A stretch of 64,000 nt of DNA from Eledone cirrhosa (taxonomy: Eukaryota), in contig OZ024749.1 in the NCBI GenBank assembly GCA_964016885.1, positions 12,462,001 through 12,526,000 on the forward strand. Direction: 5' to 3'. A program made the translations under genes and the position numbers. Below the pieces are notes generated by a model, which did not search any database, had not been told where the DNA came from, and was given only the letters and a program-made list of their open reading frames with translations. Numbering within the stretch: position 1 is the stretch's first letter; each line of letters starts with the position of its first letter. Positions 12,091 to 25,087 of this stretch are shown here, one piece after another.

Positions 12091-12297
12091 TAGCATTTGT
12101 TAATATTCATGCATATTATATTCCCCATGAAGTAACTTTCCTGTTACATGTGATACTAATACATGTGGTAGCAATACATGTGGTACTATATTATCTATTA
12201 ATATTATATTGATTTTACCATTGCAATAATTTCAATTCATTTCATGCACAATATTTTGTATTTCTTAGCTACAAGATATTCCATCCTCCAATGTACT

Positions 12298-12762
12298 TTA
12301 ATCATTTAGCATTTAAGCCGGCTATATCAGGTCAGAATTCTCTCACCGCTTACTGTTCAAGCCAGCTGTAACTGGCGACTCATACTGAGGTTAAGGTATT
12401 GTTCTCAAAATAAATATCAAAATCTCATAGATTCGATATTATGTGAGGTAAATCCTTTACCATGAAAATACACTAGTATATATAGAGTAATGTAAATGTT
12501 ATGTGAGATAATTATGTGAAATAAAGCCTTTACCATAAAAATATAATTGTTTCTACTTTTGGCACAAGGCCAGCAATTACCAGTTCATTACTGGTACTTT
12601 ATTTTATCGAGCCCGTAAGGATGAAAGGCAAAGTTAACCTCGGCGGGATTTGAACTCAGAATGGCAAGGGCCGTAACTCTATGCGTCAAAGCATGGCATC
12701 CGACCCTCTACCGATACTGCCAATCCACTAAATATAAAGTAATGTAAATGCTAAAGGGTTAA
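12298..12762. mobile_element. piggyBac-type MITE (TTAA...TGCTAAAGGG-TTAA) with a nested SINE B (12544-12729, minus strand)
   Basis: Matches uninterrupted copies of about 210 bp at 36687-36900, 50987-51204 and 54372-54587. Confidence 0.8.
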
Positions 12763-12811
12763 GGACATGCCATTCATTCAATTGTTCACCTCTGCTTTTG
12801 TGGCATTAAAG

Positions 12812-13001
12812 GGAGGTGGGTTGGCAGTATCGGTAGAGTGTCAGATACCATGCTGTGTAGCATAGAGTTATGGCTCTTTATGTTACAAGTTGAAATCCCG
12901 TCGAGGTTAGCTTTGCCTTTCAGCCTTACGGGGGTCAATAAAATAAATATCAGTAATGCACTTGAGTAATTGCTGGCCTTGTGCCAAAAGTAGAAACAAT
13001 T
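12812..13001 (+). mobile_element. tRNA-derived SINE family B
   Basis: A-box TGGCAGTATCGG, B-box-like GTTGAAATCC, central GCCTTTCA.CCTTACGGGGTC.ATAAAAT block resembling the conserved central domain of Meta/Nin-type SINEs, and 3' GGCCTTGTGCC.AAAGTAGAAACAATTAT. Confidence 0.88.
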
Positions 13002-13244
13002 ATGAATATAGGATGTGAGGGCAATGAATTGGCTGACTCAATAAAACTATTAGAATGCTTTGGGCCATTTAGTTACATCTCTTTAGATTGTGAGTTCAAA
13101 TCCTGTCTAGGTCAACTTTGTCATTCTGGGATCAATAAAATAAAATACCAGTAAAGTATTAGGGTAGATATAATCACCATTCCCTTTCCCACAGATTTAT
13201 GGACTTGTGCCTAAATTAGAAATCATTAAATTACAGAAATTTCT

Positions 13245-16200
13245 ATTATTATTATTACTTTGATATCTTATCATTGATGTTATTTAACCAGAACATTTTC
13301 CTTAATGAACACCAAGCTGTTACTTGCAGCCTCAGATATTCAGGATTTATCAGAGGGTCCTTGCTGTTCCCAGTAGGCATGCCTTCTGGAGTGTTCCAAT
13401 GAAGGGGGTTGGGCTAATGTTCTTTAACCGCCCTTGAAAACTCTTCAAGATATACCTAGTGCTTTTATGATGAAGGAGACGACTTTGATCTTGTGACAGT
13501 CCCAAATCTTTTCAGTTCATATATTAGATCCTGGTACCGGTTAATTTTCTCCTCCTTTTGTTGCAATCTTGTGTAAAAGAGGCAAGCTACATCTATAAAT
13601 AAGTAAGATCTTTTTTCTTTGTCAAAAACCACCAGGTCAAGCCTATTGTGTTCTAATTTCTTGCCTGCCTGCATCCTGAAATCCCACAGTACCTTCCCCC
13701 AATTATTTTCTATCACCAACACTGGCCACTTCTCATACCACTTCTCAGAATATGGTAAATTATTCAGTTTACATAAATGCCAGTGAATCACCTTTCCTAT
13801 TATATTGTGCCTCCAACCTTTATAGTGAGTCTGGGCTAGGTGTTTCCACTCGGATACAATGTGAGTTACAGTTTCCTCTCTCTCTCCACAGATCCTTCAG
13901 AGCAGGCTAGCATCCTCCTTGTCAATAGGTGTTTCCTCCATTTCGTTCTGAGGGCTTGCTCTTGTGCAGCCATTAGCATTCCCTCTGTAGCTTTTCAAAG
14001 GGCTCCTTTCTTTAACCAGTTCCATGTCTGCAGATCTCTGAATTTTGTTTTCTTCAAAAAGGTGCTATGAAAGGCCTTTTCATTCAAGTTGTTCTTCCTC
14101 TGTGTAGCTACTTCTTTCTTGGACATCCTCTGGTCTATTGTCTCCTCCTTCAATACAGCCTTAACCACTGGCTCATTACTCTCAGACACATATTTATGTA
14201 AACATCTCTTCTCCATCTCAACACAGTCCTCCATGCTGATTAGATCTCTTCCCCCATAAGATCTCTTTAAGTACAGTCTATCAATATTACCCTTCTTATG
14301 AAACATACTGTAGGTAGTCATTAATTTCCTTATCTTTCTATCCAGTTCTGTTTCTTCATTTACATTCCATTTAAGAATTCCCGTACCTAATAATAGACAC
14401 AGTACAGGAATTACTGTATTTATGGCATTCCTACTATTTAGATGTGATTTTAGTATGTTCCTTACTTTCCTTATGTATTCAGATCTTTTCATCTCCTTCA
14501 TTTTATTGTTCTTGATGTTTTTCACCCCCAGAATATCCCAATACCTATATCCCTCTTTGGTGTCAATCTCCTTTATCATCTCACCCATTAGGTACCTGGA
14601 TTTTGTTCAATTTACCTCTCTTCATCACTAGGACTCCACACTTATTAACACCAAATTCCATACATATATCATTGCTGGAAATATAAATCGTGTTAAGTAC
14701 ATCCATCCAACTCCTCATTCACAATACGAGAGACTAGGGTATGAGGGTAAAGACAAACAATAAAGGGGAGAGATTATATCCTTGGCAGATACCTCTCTTG
14801 ATCTTCCTTCCTCCCAAGGTTTCTCTCCCTGATGTTAACTCTGTCTCTCAGGTCTTCATGCTATTACTTAATAGCAGACTGATGTTGTCTGCCACCTTGA
14901 ACATTTCCAGACACTTGGTTACCCAAAAATGAGGAACCATGTCAAATGCCTTCTTGTAGTCTATCCATCCCATGGCAAGACCAATATGCTTCCTCTTGCA
15001 TCATCCTCTTGTCAATAGATAGAGGGTCGAAGTATCGGTAGAGGGTTGGAGTATTGGTAGAGGGTTGGACGCCATGCTTTGCAGCATAGAGTTACAGCCC
15101 TTTATGATCTGAGTTCAAATTCTGCTGAGGTTAACTTTGCCTTTCATCCTTACGGGGTCGATAAAATAAAGTACCAGTCATGCACTGGGGTTGATTTAAT
15201 CGACTTTCCCCTCCCTCAAAATTGCTGGCCTTGTGCCTATATAAAAAAATATTATCATCTTGTCTTTTGTACCATGGGACTTCTTTTGACATCCTTTCTG
15301 TTCCTCGGCAATAGGTTGTTTATGCCGAGGTGGCGATAGATTTCCTCAGACATAATGCTTGACAAGTGATAGGTGTGTAGTTGGTGACGTCATTTCTCTT
15401 GGCTTTGTCTTTCATTATTAGATGTGGATTGGCAGTAGAGGGTCAGAGGCCATGCTTTGACGCTTAGAGTTACGGCCCTTGCCATTGTGAGTTCAAATCC
15501 TGCCGAGGTTAACTTTGCCTGTCAGCCTTACGGGGTTGATAAAAATAAAGTACTAGTAATGTACTGGGTAATTGCTGGCCTTGTGCCAAAAGTAGAAACA
15601 ATTATTAGAACCATTGTACTGTGTCAGTGAAATACTGCAGTGGTTGACATTTCAGGTAGAGAGACATTATATTTTTAGTCTAATATCCTTGCACACTATC
15701 CAGGCTTGGTGATTTCCAGTTGGTTAATTTATTGACCTGCTTTTTAAGGGTTTCAACCGAGATACTCAAATCAGGTTGTTGGTGCACTTGTTCATTAACT
15801 TCCTTTTTAACAGTCCCAATCTACTCTGCCCAACTATTATACTTATATCCTGCTCCCAAATATGTTGGTCTGTTCAGCCTCAGCAATAGCATCATTGCCT
15901 CTTTCTTTCTCTTCAAGCTGTTCAAATAACATCTGGTGTTGTCAAACATGGTTTTGTCTGTACTGGCTAACTCTGCTTTCATATCATTTAGTTACACTTA
16001 TGTCTATGACACATTGTTTTAGTTACTTTATTATAACATTTAATGGTGGTGAATTACATTAATTTACATTAAGGGCAGTGAATTGACAGTATCGGTAGAG
16101 GGTTGGATGCCATGCTTTCTAGCATAGTTACGTCCCTTTATGGTCTGAGTTCAAATCCCGTCAAGGTTAACTTTGCCTTTCATCCTTACGGGGTCGATAA

Positions 16201-16815
16201 AATATAGTACCAGCAATGTACTGGGTAATTGCTGGCCTTGTGCCAAAAGTAGAAACAATTATAACATTTAACCCTTTTCCCTTTGTGTTTCTTGTCAATC
16301 TATCCTAAGTATCCATGTTTTGTCATCATCATCATTTCATTTTATGTCCGCTTTTCCCTGCTTGCAAGGGTGGGACGGGAACTGATTCTGGCTTGATTTC
16401 TACAGCTGGATGCCCTTCCTAACACCAACCTCATTTACAGTGAGTGCTGGGTGCTTTTTTTCCGTGGCGCCTACATGTCCACTTTACAGTGTGGGCCGGG
16501 TGCTTTTTTTTTTGCCATGGCACCTCCACGACCACTTTGCAGTGGAATGATAGGGACCCGAGTCCCTATCATCTCATTTCTACAGCTGAGTAATGTCATG
16601 TCCTGTTTAATAAAGACTCGAGTTTCCCAATGTCCTTTCTTATTTCCTTGATTTGACCATTCAACCACTTCTTCCACTAAGGTTCTGTCCTTTCTTGTCT
16701 CTTTTCCCTCGTTTTGATACCAAGTGATTTTTTTCACCACATTTCCAGCTGGTTTGAGGATGTTGTTGCATTGTTGAAGATTCTTGAACATGTTCAATGA
16801 GTGCTTGGTGTTGGC
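13245..16815 (-). mobile_element. Decayed R4/Dong-clade non-LTR retrotransposon with four nested SINEs (about 15022-15255, 15423-15605, 16072-16262, 16323-16592)
   Basis: Minus-strand peptides EP*WKKWLNGQIKEIRKDIGKLE, MGWIDYKKAFDMVPH, GICQGYNLSPLLF, ELDRKIRKLMT..MFHKKGNIDRLYLKRSYGGR, IHWHLCK...VLWDF...HNRLDLVVFDK..FIDVAC (RLE) and LQKACLLGTAR; the 3' end terminates in (TAA)n. Confidence 0.88.
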
Positions 16816-16841
16816 TTATTATTATTATCATTACTATTAAG

Positions 16842-17290
16842 GATGGGAGTATCGGTAGACCGTCAGACACCATGCTTTGTGGTATATAGTTACGGCCTTT
16901 TATGTTCTAATTTTAAATCCTGCCAAGGTTAGCTTTGTCTTTCATCCTCATGGGGTTGATAAAATAAAGCACCAGTAATGCACTGGGGCTGATTTAATTG
17001 ATTTTCTCCTCTCCCAAAATTGCTGGCCTTGTGCCTATAGTAGATATCATTATTATTATTATTTAAAAAGTGGTGGATTGGTAGAATTGTTAGAGCATTG
17101 AGTAAAAGGCTTTGTGACATTTGTTCATGCTCTTTGCCTTCTGAGTTCAAATGCCACCAAGGTCAACTTTGCCTTTCATCTTTCTGGGATCAATAAGATA
17201 AAGTACCAGCTAAGTACTGGGGTCAATATAATCACCATTCCTCTTCTCATAGATTGCTGACCTTGTGACTAAATTAGAAATCATTATTAA
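16842..17290 (+). mobile_element. Two tandem SINE family B copies, the second more diverged
   Basis: Family B A/B boxes, central block and (ATT)n tails. Confidence 0.8.
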
Positions 17291-17292
17291 TA

Positions 17293-17774
17293 TTAGCAGA
17301 AAAACCACCTTTCGGGTGGTTTTCTGCTAGCATGTGTAGTGTGTATATTGATATTATACGCAGGTATATATCCATGTAGATATGATACATCAAATAAAAT
17401 CGTAATTGACAATATATAATACATAGAAATTGAGCGAAGACTGTGTTACACTGTCTTATTTAATCAGTAATGTAATCCATGATATATTAAACAAAGACGA
17501 TATTATATATAAACTACATTAGGAGAAAATTAGTGACAGAAAATTATATGTTTATTTAAGCGATCGCCAACCGGAAGTGTTGACATTTCAGAAATTTTAA
17601 AGAAGTGAATCTTTAAATAAACAAAATATATTTAATCAACAGCCACGAAATTTAGTAGATAAATTATGTAATATTCATTCATTATTTATTCAAAGTAATC
17701 CAACTTATTTTACTAATGGGATAACAAATTATAAACCATACAGTCCCGCGCTCCTCCCTTTATTATAGTTTAGA
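17293..17774 (-). mobile_element. Non-autonomous Helitron, about 480 bp
   Basis: On the minus strand it starts A|TCTAAACTATAATAAAGGGAG and ends with the hairpin TAGCAGAAAACCACCCGAAAGGTGGTTTTTCTG-CTAA|T (5'-TC, 3'-CTRR, A|T target, no TSD). Homologous to the 23027 and 33060 copies. Confidence 0.8.
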
Positions 17775-17844
17775 TGCAGCATGTACTCTCACTCAATCTT
17801 AGCGAAATACAGATTGAAAATGGACAATAATTCATTGAGATATA

Positions 17845-18032
17845 TATTAGCAGTCAATCCACTTTCGTCAAATCGGACCGAGGAAACAATGTTTCCGTTG
17901 GTATTTCGAATTGCTAATACTCTCTATTGGTTTCAACTCCAGGTAGAAGGAGCAGTGTCAAATAAAGTGTCTTGCTCAAGGACATAATGCATTGCCTGGT
18001 CCAGGAATCGAACTCACAACCTCACGATTGCC
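17845..18032 (-). mobile_element. tRNA-derived SINE family C (also 31427-31650 + and 41022-41215 +)
   Basis: GAGTTCGATTCCTGGACC B-box, TCCTTGAGCAAGACACTTTATTT core and a distinct 3' part AACATTGTTTCCTCGGTC.GATTTGACGAAAG. Confidence 0.75.
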
Positions 18033-18659
18033 AAAATAACAAAAGAATCTTACCTTAGCAAATTTAACGATCCCAAATATTTTCAGGTTTAAAAACCCAT
18101 TATCAAAGGAGTAACCCTGTATGAGACTTAAAGATAGACTTGCTTGTTTGGAGATCAGATTTAAGTTAAAGGAAATGAAAAGACGTTAAAATTTTGAACG
18201 TGTATGTTGTGAGATGTATGATATATGCATGTGTGTGTACTTAATAGGTTGTTTATATGTGTGTGCATGAATATAAGTTTATGTAGTGAAAGATGTGTGC
18301 GAATATGCATATAACAAAACAGGAAAAATATGTGTGCGATATATGAATGTGTGTGAGTCTAAGTGTGTTTGCCTAGTGAGGACATAGATTTAATTTGAAA
18401 GAAAGAATGAAACTGGCCATTGGGATGTTGCAATACAGGCTTTTAAATTAGCCATTCTGGTATACTTCTTTCCATTATTGATCCTAGGTTTTAATTGCTT
18501 GATTAAGAGGGCTTCCTTAATTCTCAGCATGCCTATACTGCGTTCAGTAGCTAAGATTGTGGTGGTAATGTTGTCCCGGTTTCCACATTTGATGATGTGT
18601 TTGTGGAAGGAAGAGGAGTTGGTGTTAACATGCTCTTTAATACAGAGATGTAACAGTCG

Positions 18660-19215
18660 AATAGTGCTGTCACAATAGAATGCACCCAGTACATTCTGTA
18701 AAGTAGTAGTGCTGGTGCCACAACAAAATGCACTCAGTACAGTCTGTAAAGTGCTGGTGCCATAATAAAATGCACTCAGTACACTCTGTAAAGTGGTAGT
18801 GCTGGTGCCACAATAAAAATCATGCAGTACACTCGGTAAAGTGGTAGTTCTGGTGCCTCAATAAAATGCACCCAGTACACTCTGTAAAGTCGTTGGCACT
18901 AAGGACATACAGTTATAAAATCTATAGCAAACAAAGGGCAGAGAGGATATTTCAGTTGTGTCAATGACATAGCAATCTCACTAATGCTGGTTCCATAATA
19001 AAATGCATCCAGTACACTGTGTAATAAAGTTGGCGTTAAGAAGACCATGCAGCTGTAGAAACTTGGCCCAAACTGGAATATATAGGAGCAAGCCATGCCT
19101 CATTGTCAATCTATGAAGACAGTAGTCCTGGTTAATTACTGATTGGGTCAGTAATAACCCATCCAACCCATACTAGTATTGAATACAGATGCTAAATGAT
19201 GATGATGATGATGAT
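18660..19215 (+). mobile_element. SINE A-related element with about 5 internal 48-bp repeats and a (GAT)n tail
   Basis: Tandem AAAATGCACCCAGTACACTCTGTAAAGTGGTAGTGCTGGTGCCAC units followed by a family-A-like 3' end. Confidence 0.75.
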
Positions 19216-19560
19216 GAGTGTAATGAGTTGGTATAAATACTACAATTAAATCGTGCAAAACCATTTTGCTGGTTTGAGAGCTGATGAAGGTGAAGATGTG
19301 TGTGTAAACTTGTCTTGTACACCACCTTTATTTCCTCTTCTGGTCACTTATGTGCACCAACAAACTTCTCCTTGTCCTCCTCTCTCAATCTTTTCTGTAT
19401 TTCATCTGCCTGTCACCCATGTTGAGGATTGTCTCTCTGTTGACCACTGGCCACTAGTCTCTGTCCTCTGAGACATATTTCATCTGCCTGTCACCCACCT
19501 TGAGGAATTGTCTCTGTTGACCACTGGCCACTAGTCTCTGTCCTTTGAGGTGTTTTTGCC

Positions 19561-19675
19561 CATCGCTGTTTTTGACAGCATTTAGCTGTTTTAATGACTG
19601 TTCTAGCGATGAGTTTTCTCATTTTTATTTGTATTCAAATACTCTCTCACTTCGCCTTCATCAGAGACAGCAATG
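19561..19675 (-). ncRNA. Degenerate hammerhead-like motif in a Penelope-like relic (about 19230-19720, with a 76-bp tandem duplication at about 19400-19550)
   Basis: Minus strand reads CATTGCTGTCT-CTGATGA-...-AAAAC-AGC-TAAAT-GCT-GTC-AAAAACAGCGATG. Stems I and III and the GUC triplet are present, but GAAA is mutated to AAAA. Confidence 0.45.
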
Positions 19676-19727
19676 TGTTTTTCATTAAACAGTCAACAGT
19701 TTCTTTTCCTCCACTGCTATGATGCAA

Positions 19728-20152
19728 TATATGAAACATAGAAGAGAGATATGTGAAACATAGAAGAGAGATATGTGAAACATAGAAGAGAGATGTGTGA
19801 AACATAGGAGAGAGATGTGTGAAACATAGGAGAGAGATGTGTGAAACATAGGAGAGAGATATGTGAAACACAGGAGAGAGATATGTGAAACACAGGAGAG
19901 AGATATGTGAAACATAGGAGAGAGATATGTGAAACATAGGAGAGAGATATGTGAAACATAGGAGAGAGATATGTGAAACATAGGAGAGAGATATGTGAAA
20001 CATAGGAGAGAGATATGTGAAACATAGGAGAGAGATATGTGAAACATAGGAGAGAGATATGTGAAACATAGGAGAGAGATGTGTGAAACATAGGAGAGAG
20101 ATGTATGAAATATAGGAGAGAGATGTATGAAATATAGGAGAGAGATATGTGA
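19728..20152. repeat. Minisatellite, 22-bp unit GGAGAGAGATATGTGAAACATA, about 19 copies
   Basis: Directly visible; 22-aa periodic pseudo-ORFs in all three minus frames. Confidence 0.97.
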
Positions 20153-20524
20153 AGCAAGCAAAATTTTGTAGAAATTTGTCAAATTTTTTCTGGAAACAAT
20201 GAATCTGATTGCTGTGTCCACTGAATTTGTTCTAGCATATTGACATTGATATAGTAGTATAGTAGTTACATTGACATTAGTAGTATAGTAGTTATATTGA
20301 TATAGTATAATAGTAGTTATATTGACATTAGTATAGTAGTTATATAAATGAACAAGTTAAAGGTGTTACAGCTATCATTGTGAAATATTACCATTGCTGA
20401 GTTTATTTCTTTATCTTCTCCGAACCTTCATTAAGAATACTTCTCTACTTCAGATCCTTTCTTTTGCTTCGTCTGCTGTAATTGTCCCCTTCTCCTACAA
20501 TAAACCTCCATTGCTGTAATTGTC

Positions 20525-22365
20525 TCTGTGGTATATAGAGTGTTACTGTGGTATATATATGTGTTACTGTGGTATATATATGTGTTACTGTGATATATAC
20601 ATGTGTTACTGTGATATATACAGTGTTACTGTGGTATATACAGTGTTACTGTGGTATATACAGTGTTACTGTGGCATATACAGTGTTACTGTGGCATATA
20701 CAGTGTTACTGTGGTATATACAGTGTTACTGTGGTATATACAGTGTTACTGTGGTATATACAGTGTTACTGTGGTATATACAGTGTTACTGTGGTATATA
20801 CAGTGTTACTGTGGTATATACAGTGTTACTGTGGTATATACAGTGTTACTGTGGCATATACAGTGTTACTGTGGCATATACAGTGTTACTGTGGCATATA
20901 CAGTGTTACTGTGGTATATACAGTGTTACTGTGGTATATATACAGTGTTACTGTGGTATATATACAGTGTTACTGTGGCATATACAGTGTTACTGTGGTA
21001 TATATACAGTGTTACTGTGGCATATACAGTGTTACTGTGGTATATACAGTGTTACTGTGGTATATACAGTGTTACTGTGGCATATACAGTGTTACTGTGG
21101 CATATACAGTGTTACTGTGGTATATATATATATATATAATGTTACTGTGATATATACAGTGTTACATATAGTGTTACTGTGGTATATATAGTGTTACTGT
21201 GGTATATATAGTGTTACTGTGGTATATATAGTGTTACTGTGGTATATACAGTGTTACTGTGGTATATACAGTGTTACTGTGGTATATATATATATATATA
21301 TATAATGTTACTGTGATATATACAGTGTTACATATAGTGTTACTGTGGTATATACAGTGTTACTGTGGTATATACAGTGTTACTGTGGTATATACAGTGT
21401 TACTGTGGTATATATAGTGTTACTGTGATATATACAGTGTTACTGTGGTATATACAGTGTTACTGTGGTATATATAGTGTTACTGTGATATATATAGTGT
21501 TACTGTGGTATATACAGTGTTACTGTGGTATATACAGTGTTACTGTGGTATATATAGTGTTACTGTGATATATACAGTGTTACTGTGATATATACAGTGT
21601 TACTGTGGTATATATAGTGTTACTGTGGTATATATAGTGTTACTGTGGTATATATAGTGTTACTGTGGTATATACAGTGTTACTGTGGTATATACAGTGT
21701 TACTGTGATATATATACAGTGTTACTGTGATATATATACAGTGTTACTGTGGTATATATAGTGTTACTGTGGTATATACAGTGTTACTGTGGTATATACA
21801 GTGTTACTGTGGTATATACAGTGTTACTGTGGTATATACAGTGTTACTGTGGTATATACAGTGTTACTGTGATATATACAGTGTTACTGTGGTATATACA
21901 GTGTTACTGTGGTATATATAGTGTTACTGTGGTATATATAGTGTTACTGTGGTATATATAGTGTTACTGTGGTATATATAGTGTTACTGTGGTATATACA
22001 GTGTTACTGTGGTATATATAGTGTTACTGTGATATATACAGTGTTACTGTGATATATACAGTGTTACTGTGGTATATATAGTGTTACTGTGGTATATATA
22101 GTGTTACTGTGGTATATATAGTGTTACTGTGGTATATATAGTGTTATTGCGGTATATACAGTGTTACTGCGGTATATACAGTGTTACTGTGGTATATACA
22201 GTGTTACTGCGGTATATATATATATATATTGTTACTGTGGTATATATAGTGTTATTGTGGTATATACAGTGTTACCGTGGTATATATATATATATAGTGT
22301 TATTGTGGTATATATATATATATATATATTGTTACTGTGGTATATATAGTGTTATTGTGGTATAT
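20525..22365. repeat. Minisatellite, 20-bp unit CAGTGTTACTGTGGTATATA, about 90 copies
   Basis: Directly visible; source of the repetitive pseudo-ORFs at 20520-22416. Confidence 0.98.
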
Positions 22366-23026
22366 ACTATGTTTTATTTCAGATATAAAAAACATTACTC
22401 TACAAAACCTAGATGAAACAACTATGAAAATCTAGGTGATAGTGATGGTGATGTTGATTATTGGAGTGTAATTAAAGATCAACTAATAATTGATGGTTGT
22501 GATGGTTATGGTGGTGGCTGGTGGTAGTGCATATTCTTGCCATAACCTGTTGTTTGTTGATCATTCTCTTTTTTTCATAGTATGTCATAAATAAATCATT
22601 TTTGTTTTGATGTTTTTCATATTCTAAACATGCAATACATATATTGAATGAAAATATTTACTTCTAACAAATCTCTGCTGATAGTCATCCCATCATTTCT
22701 ATTTATTCACTACAGTGTTTTAGGCATAATAATGTCTTTCAATAGCTCATATTTTAAGTTTGAGTCCAGCAAACTATACCTACAAAGCCAAATCTGGCCC
22801 TCAGATTTCCTTATTTTATGATGTTGCACGCAAAGATTTTTTGTTTTCCTCATAAATCTTTCATTATAACAACACGTTCTTTAAGGCCATTTCCATTGCT
22901 GAAGCAAAGGGTTAGCTTTGCAAGCCCATTAAAAGCTTCTTCAGTTTGCCCTCTTATCTGCACCCCACTCTCCAACCACCTAGCTGGTGGCCCCAAACAA
23001 ATCAATATTTTATATTATTATAAGTA

Positions 23027-23591
23027 CTAGCAGAAAAACCACCCGAAGGGTGGTTTTCTGCTAGCATGTGTAGTGTGTATATTGATATTATACGCAAGTA
23101 TATATACATGTAGATATGATACATCAAATAAAATCGTAATTGACAATATACACAGAAATTGAAGAGACTGCGTTACACTGTCTTATGTAATCAGTAATGT
23201 AATCCATGATACATTAAAAAAGACGATATTATATATAAACTGCATTAGGAGAAAATTAGTGACAGAAAATTAGTATGTTTATTTAAGCGATCGCCAACCG
23301 GAAGTGTTGACATTTCAGAAATTTTAAAGAAATGAATCTTTAAATAAACAAAACATATTTAATCAACAGCCACAACATTTAGCAGATAAATTATGTAATA
23401 TTCATTCAGAGGTTGACTTTGCCTTTCATCCTTACGGGGTCGATAAAATAAAGTACCAGTAATGCACTGGGTAATTGCTGGCCTTGTGCCTAAAGTAGAA
23501 ACAATTATTTATTCAAAGTAATCCAACTTATTTTACTAATGGGATAAAAAATTATAAACCGTACACAGTCCCGTGCTCCTCCCTTTATTAT
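23027..23591 (-). mobile_element. Second non-autonomous Helitron copy with a nested SINE B fragment (23409-23506)
   Basis: Highly similar to 17293-17774; 3' hairpin followed by CTAG|T on the minus strand; the extreme 5' end is missing. Confidence 0.8.
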
Positions 23592-25087
23592 GAACCTGTA
23601 ACTTCTGGTGGAGTTGCAGGGGTTGACATAGTCACATACTATATTTCTTGGGCATTTTTTAAACCTGGCAGAGCTCATCTTTCTCCAGTTCTGATCACAG
23701 TCAATTTTTTCCAGAGAAAGAGAGAGTGAGAAAGAAATATAGAAGAATCGACGCCAAGATCAGACTGGTATTTTATTTATCAATCTTGGCGGGATTTGAA
23801 CTCAGTGTATGGAGAGCCAGAATGAATGACACGAAGTATTCTGTCCAACATTATAAAGGCAGTGCCTGTCTTGTATTAATATTACAAAGAAAAAATTAGA
23901 TTCTTTCACTTGGCAAAAAAAAAAAAAAAAAAAAAAAAAATGGAAGTTTGTTCAGGTGCAAGGTTTTAAAAAATAAATGTGACAATAAATATTTACTTGT
24001 TGTCATGGTTACATTCTTTTATTTGCCTTGGTCTGCAAGACAAAATCATTTCCAATCCAGCCCGCCTCCCAAGTATTTTAACCCTTTCATTACTATATTT
24101 CTAATAAAAAACATAAAATATTTTCAATTAATTTTGAATGATTTAGAAAAAATCACTAACTTTCTCAATTAAATTGGTGTATGGAACAAAACTTAAAGGT
24201 CCTTACATAAAATTATAACCGTTTCTACTTTTGGCACAAGGCCAGCAATTATCCCAGTACATTACTGGTACTTTATTTTATCGACCCATAAAATACAATT
24301 ATAATTGAAGGCTAACAGTTTTTATATTGTAGAAGTTGAGGCAGTTTCTGGCAGTTTGGTATCAACTAAAAGCAATACATGTCACCAACACCATTGTGTT
24401 TAGAGGCAGGACGCTTTCAGTTCTACCTACCTTAACTTTACTAAGGTGTTCCTATCTAAATTAAAATCTTCCAATATAATTTTATACAAGAACCATATGT
24501 TACGTTAATAGCTTAGTAATGAAATAATTAAGAATTTTAGGCAATAACTCAACATTTTTCATTAACTAATTAAAATAGAAGGTATTTTATTAGAAATATA
24601 ATCACTGTAAGTATTATCATCATCACTGTTTAACGTTTAATTTCTGCTAGTATGTGTTAAACTATCAGTCACATACTGAGGTCAAATTGGTCAAATGACT
24701 ATGTCCTGCTCATGCACTCAGTTTCCATCTTGGTTGCTGAATGCCCTTCCTAATGCCAGCCAGTTTAAAGTATGTACTGGGAACATTTTATTTTGACTCC
24801 AGCCACTACCACTTTATAGGGTGGACTGGGTGCATTTTATTGAGGCACCAGCACTAGCTCATTACAACACTAGGTTGCTGGTTAGGCTGGGGAGGTATTG
24901 ATGGGAGTGGGGGTGTTTAAATAAGAGGTGCAGACTATATGGGGAGAGTTATGATGGGAAAGACATCCCACCATGGGAGAAGAATGACCTTAAAGCATGT
25001 GGGTGATGTCTGGCATATTATAGGATGTGCTTAGCTTTCTGTGTTGGCCTGAATTGGATAGGGGAAAGGTGAGTCAGGGATGTGAGT

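Noticed and set aside
19647-22416. Long repetitive ORFs (e.g. 20520-21191, 19685-20221)
   Set aside because: They are translations of stop-free minisatellite units and are open in several frames at once.
22383-22435. Exon-like segment after TTTTATTTCAG
   Set aside because: Stops occur in all three frames before the donor-like site.
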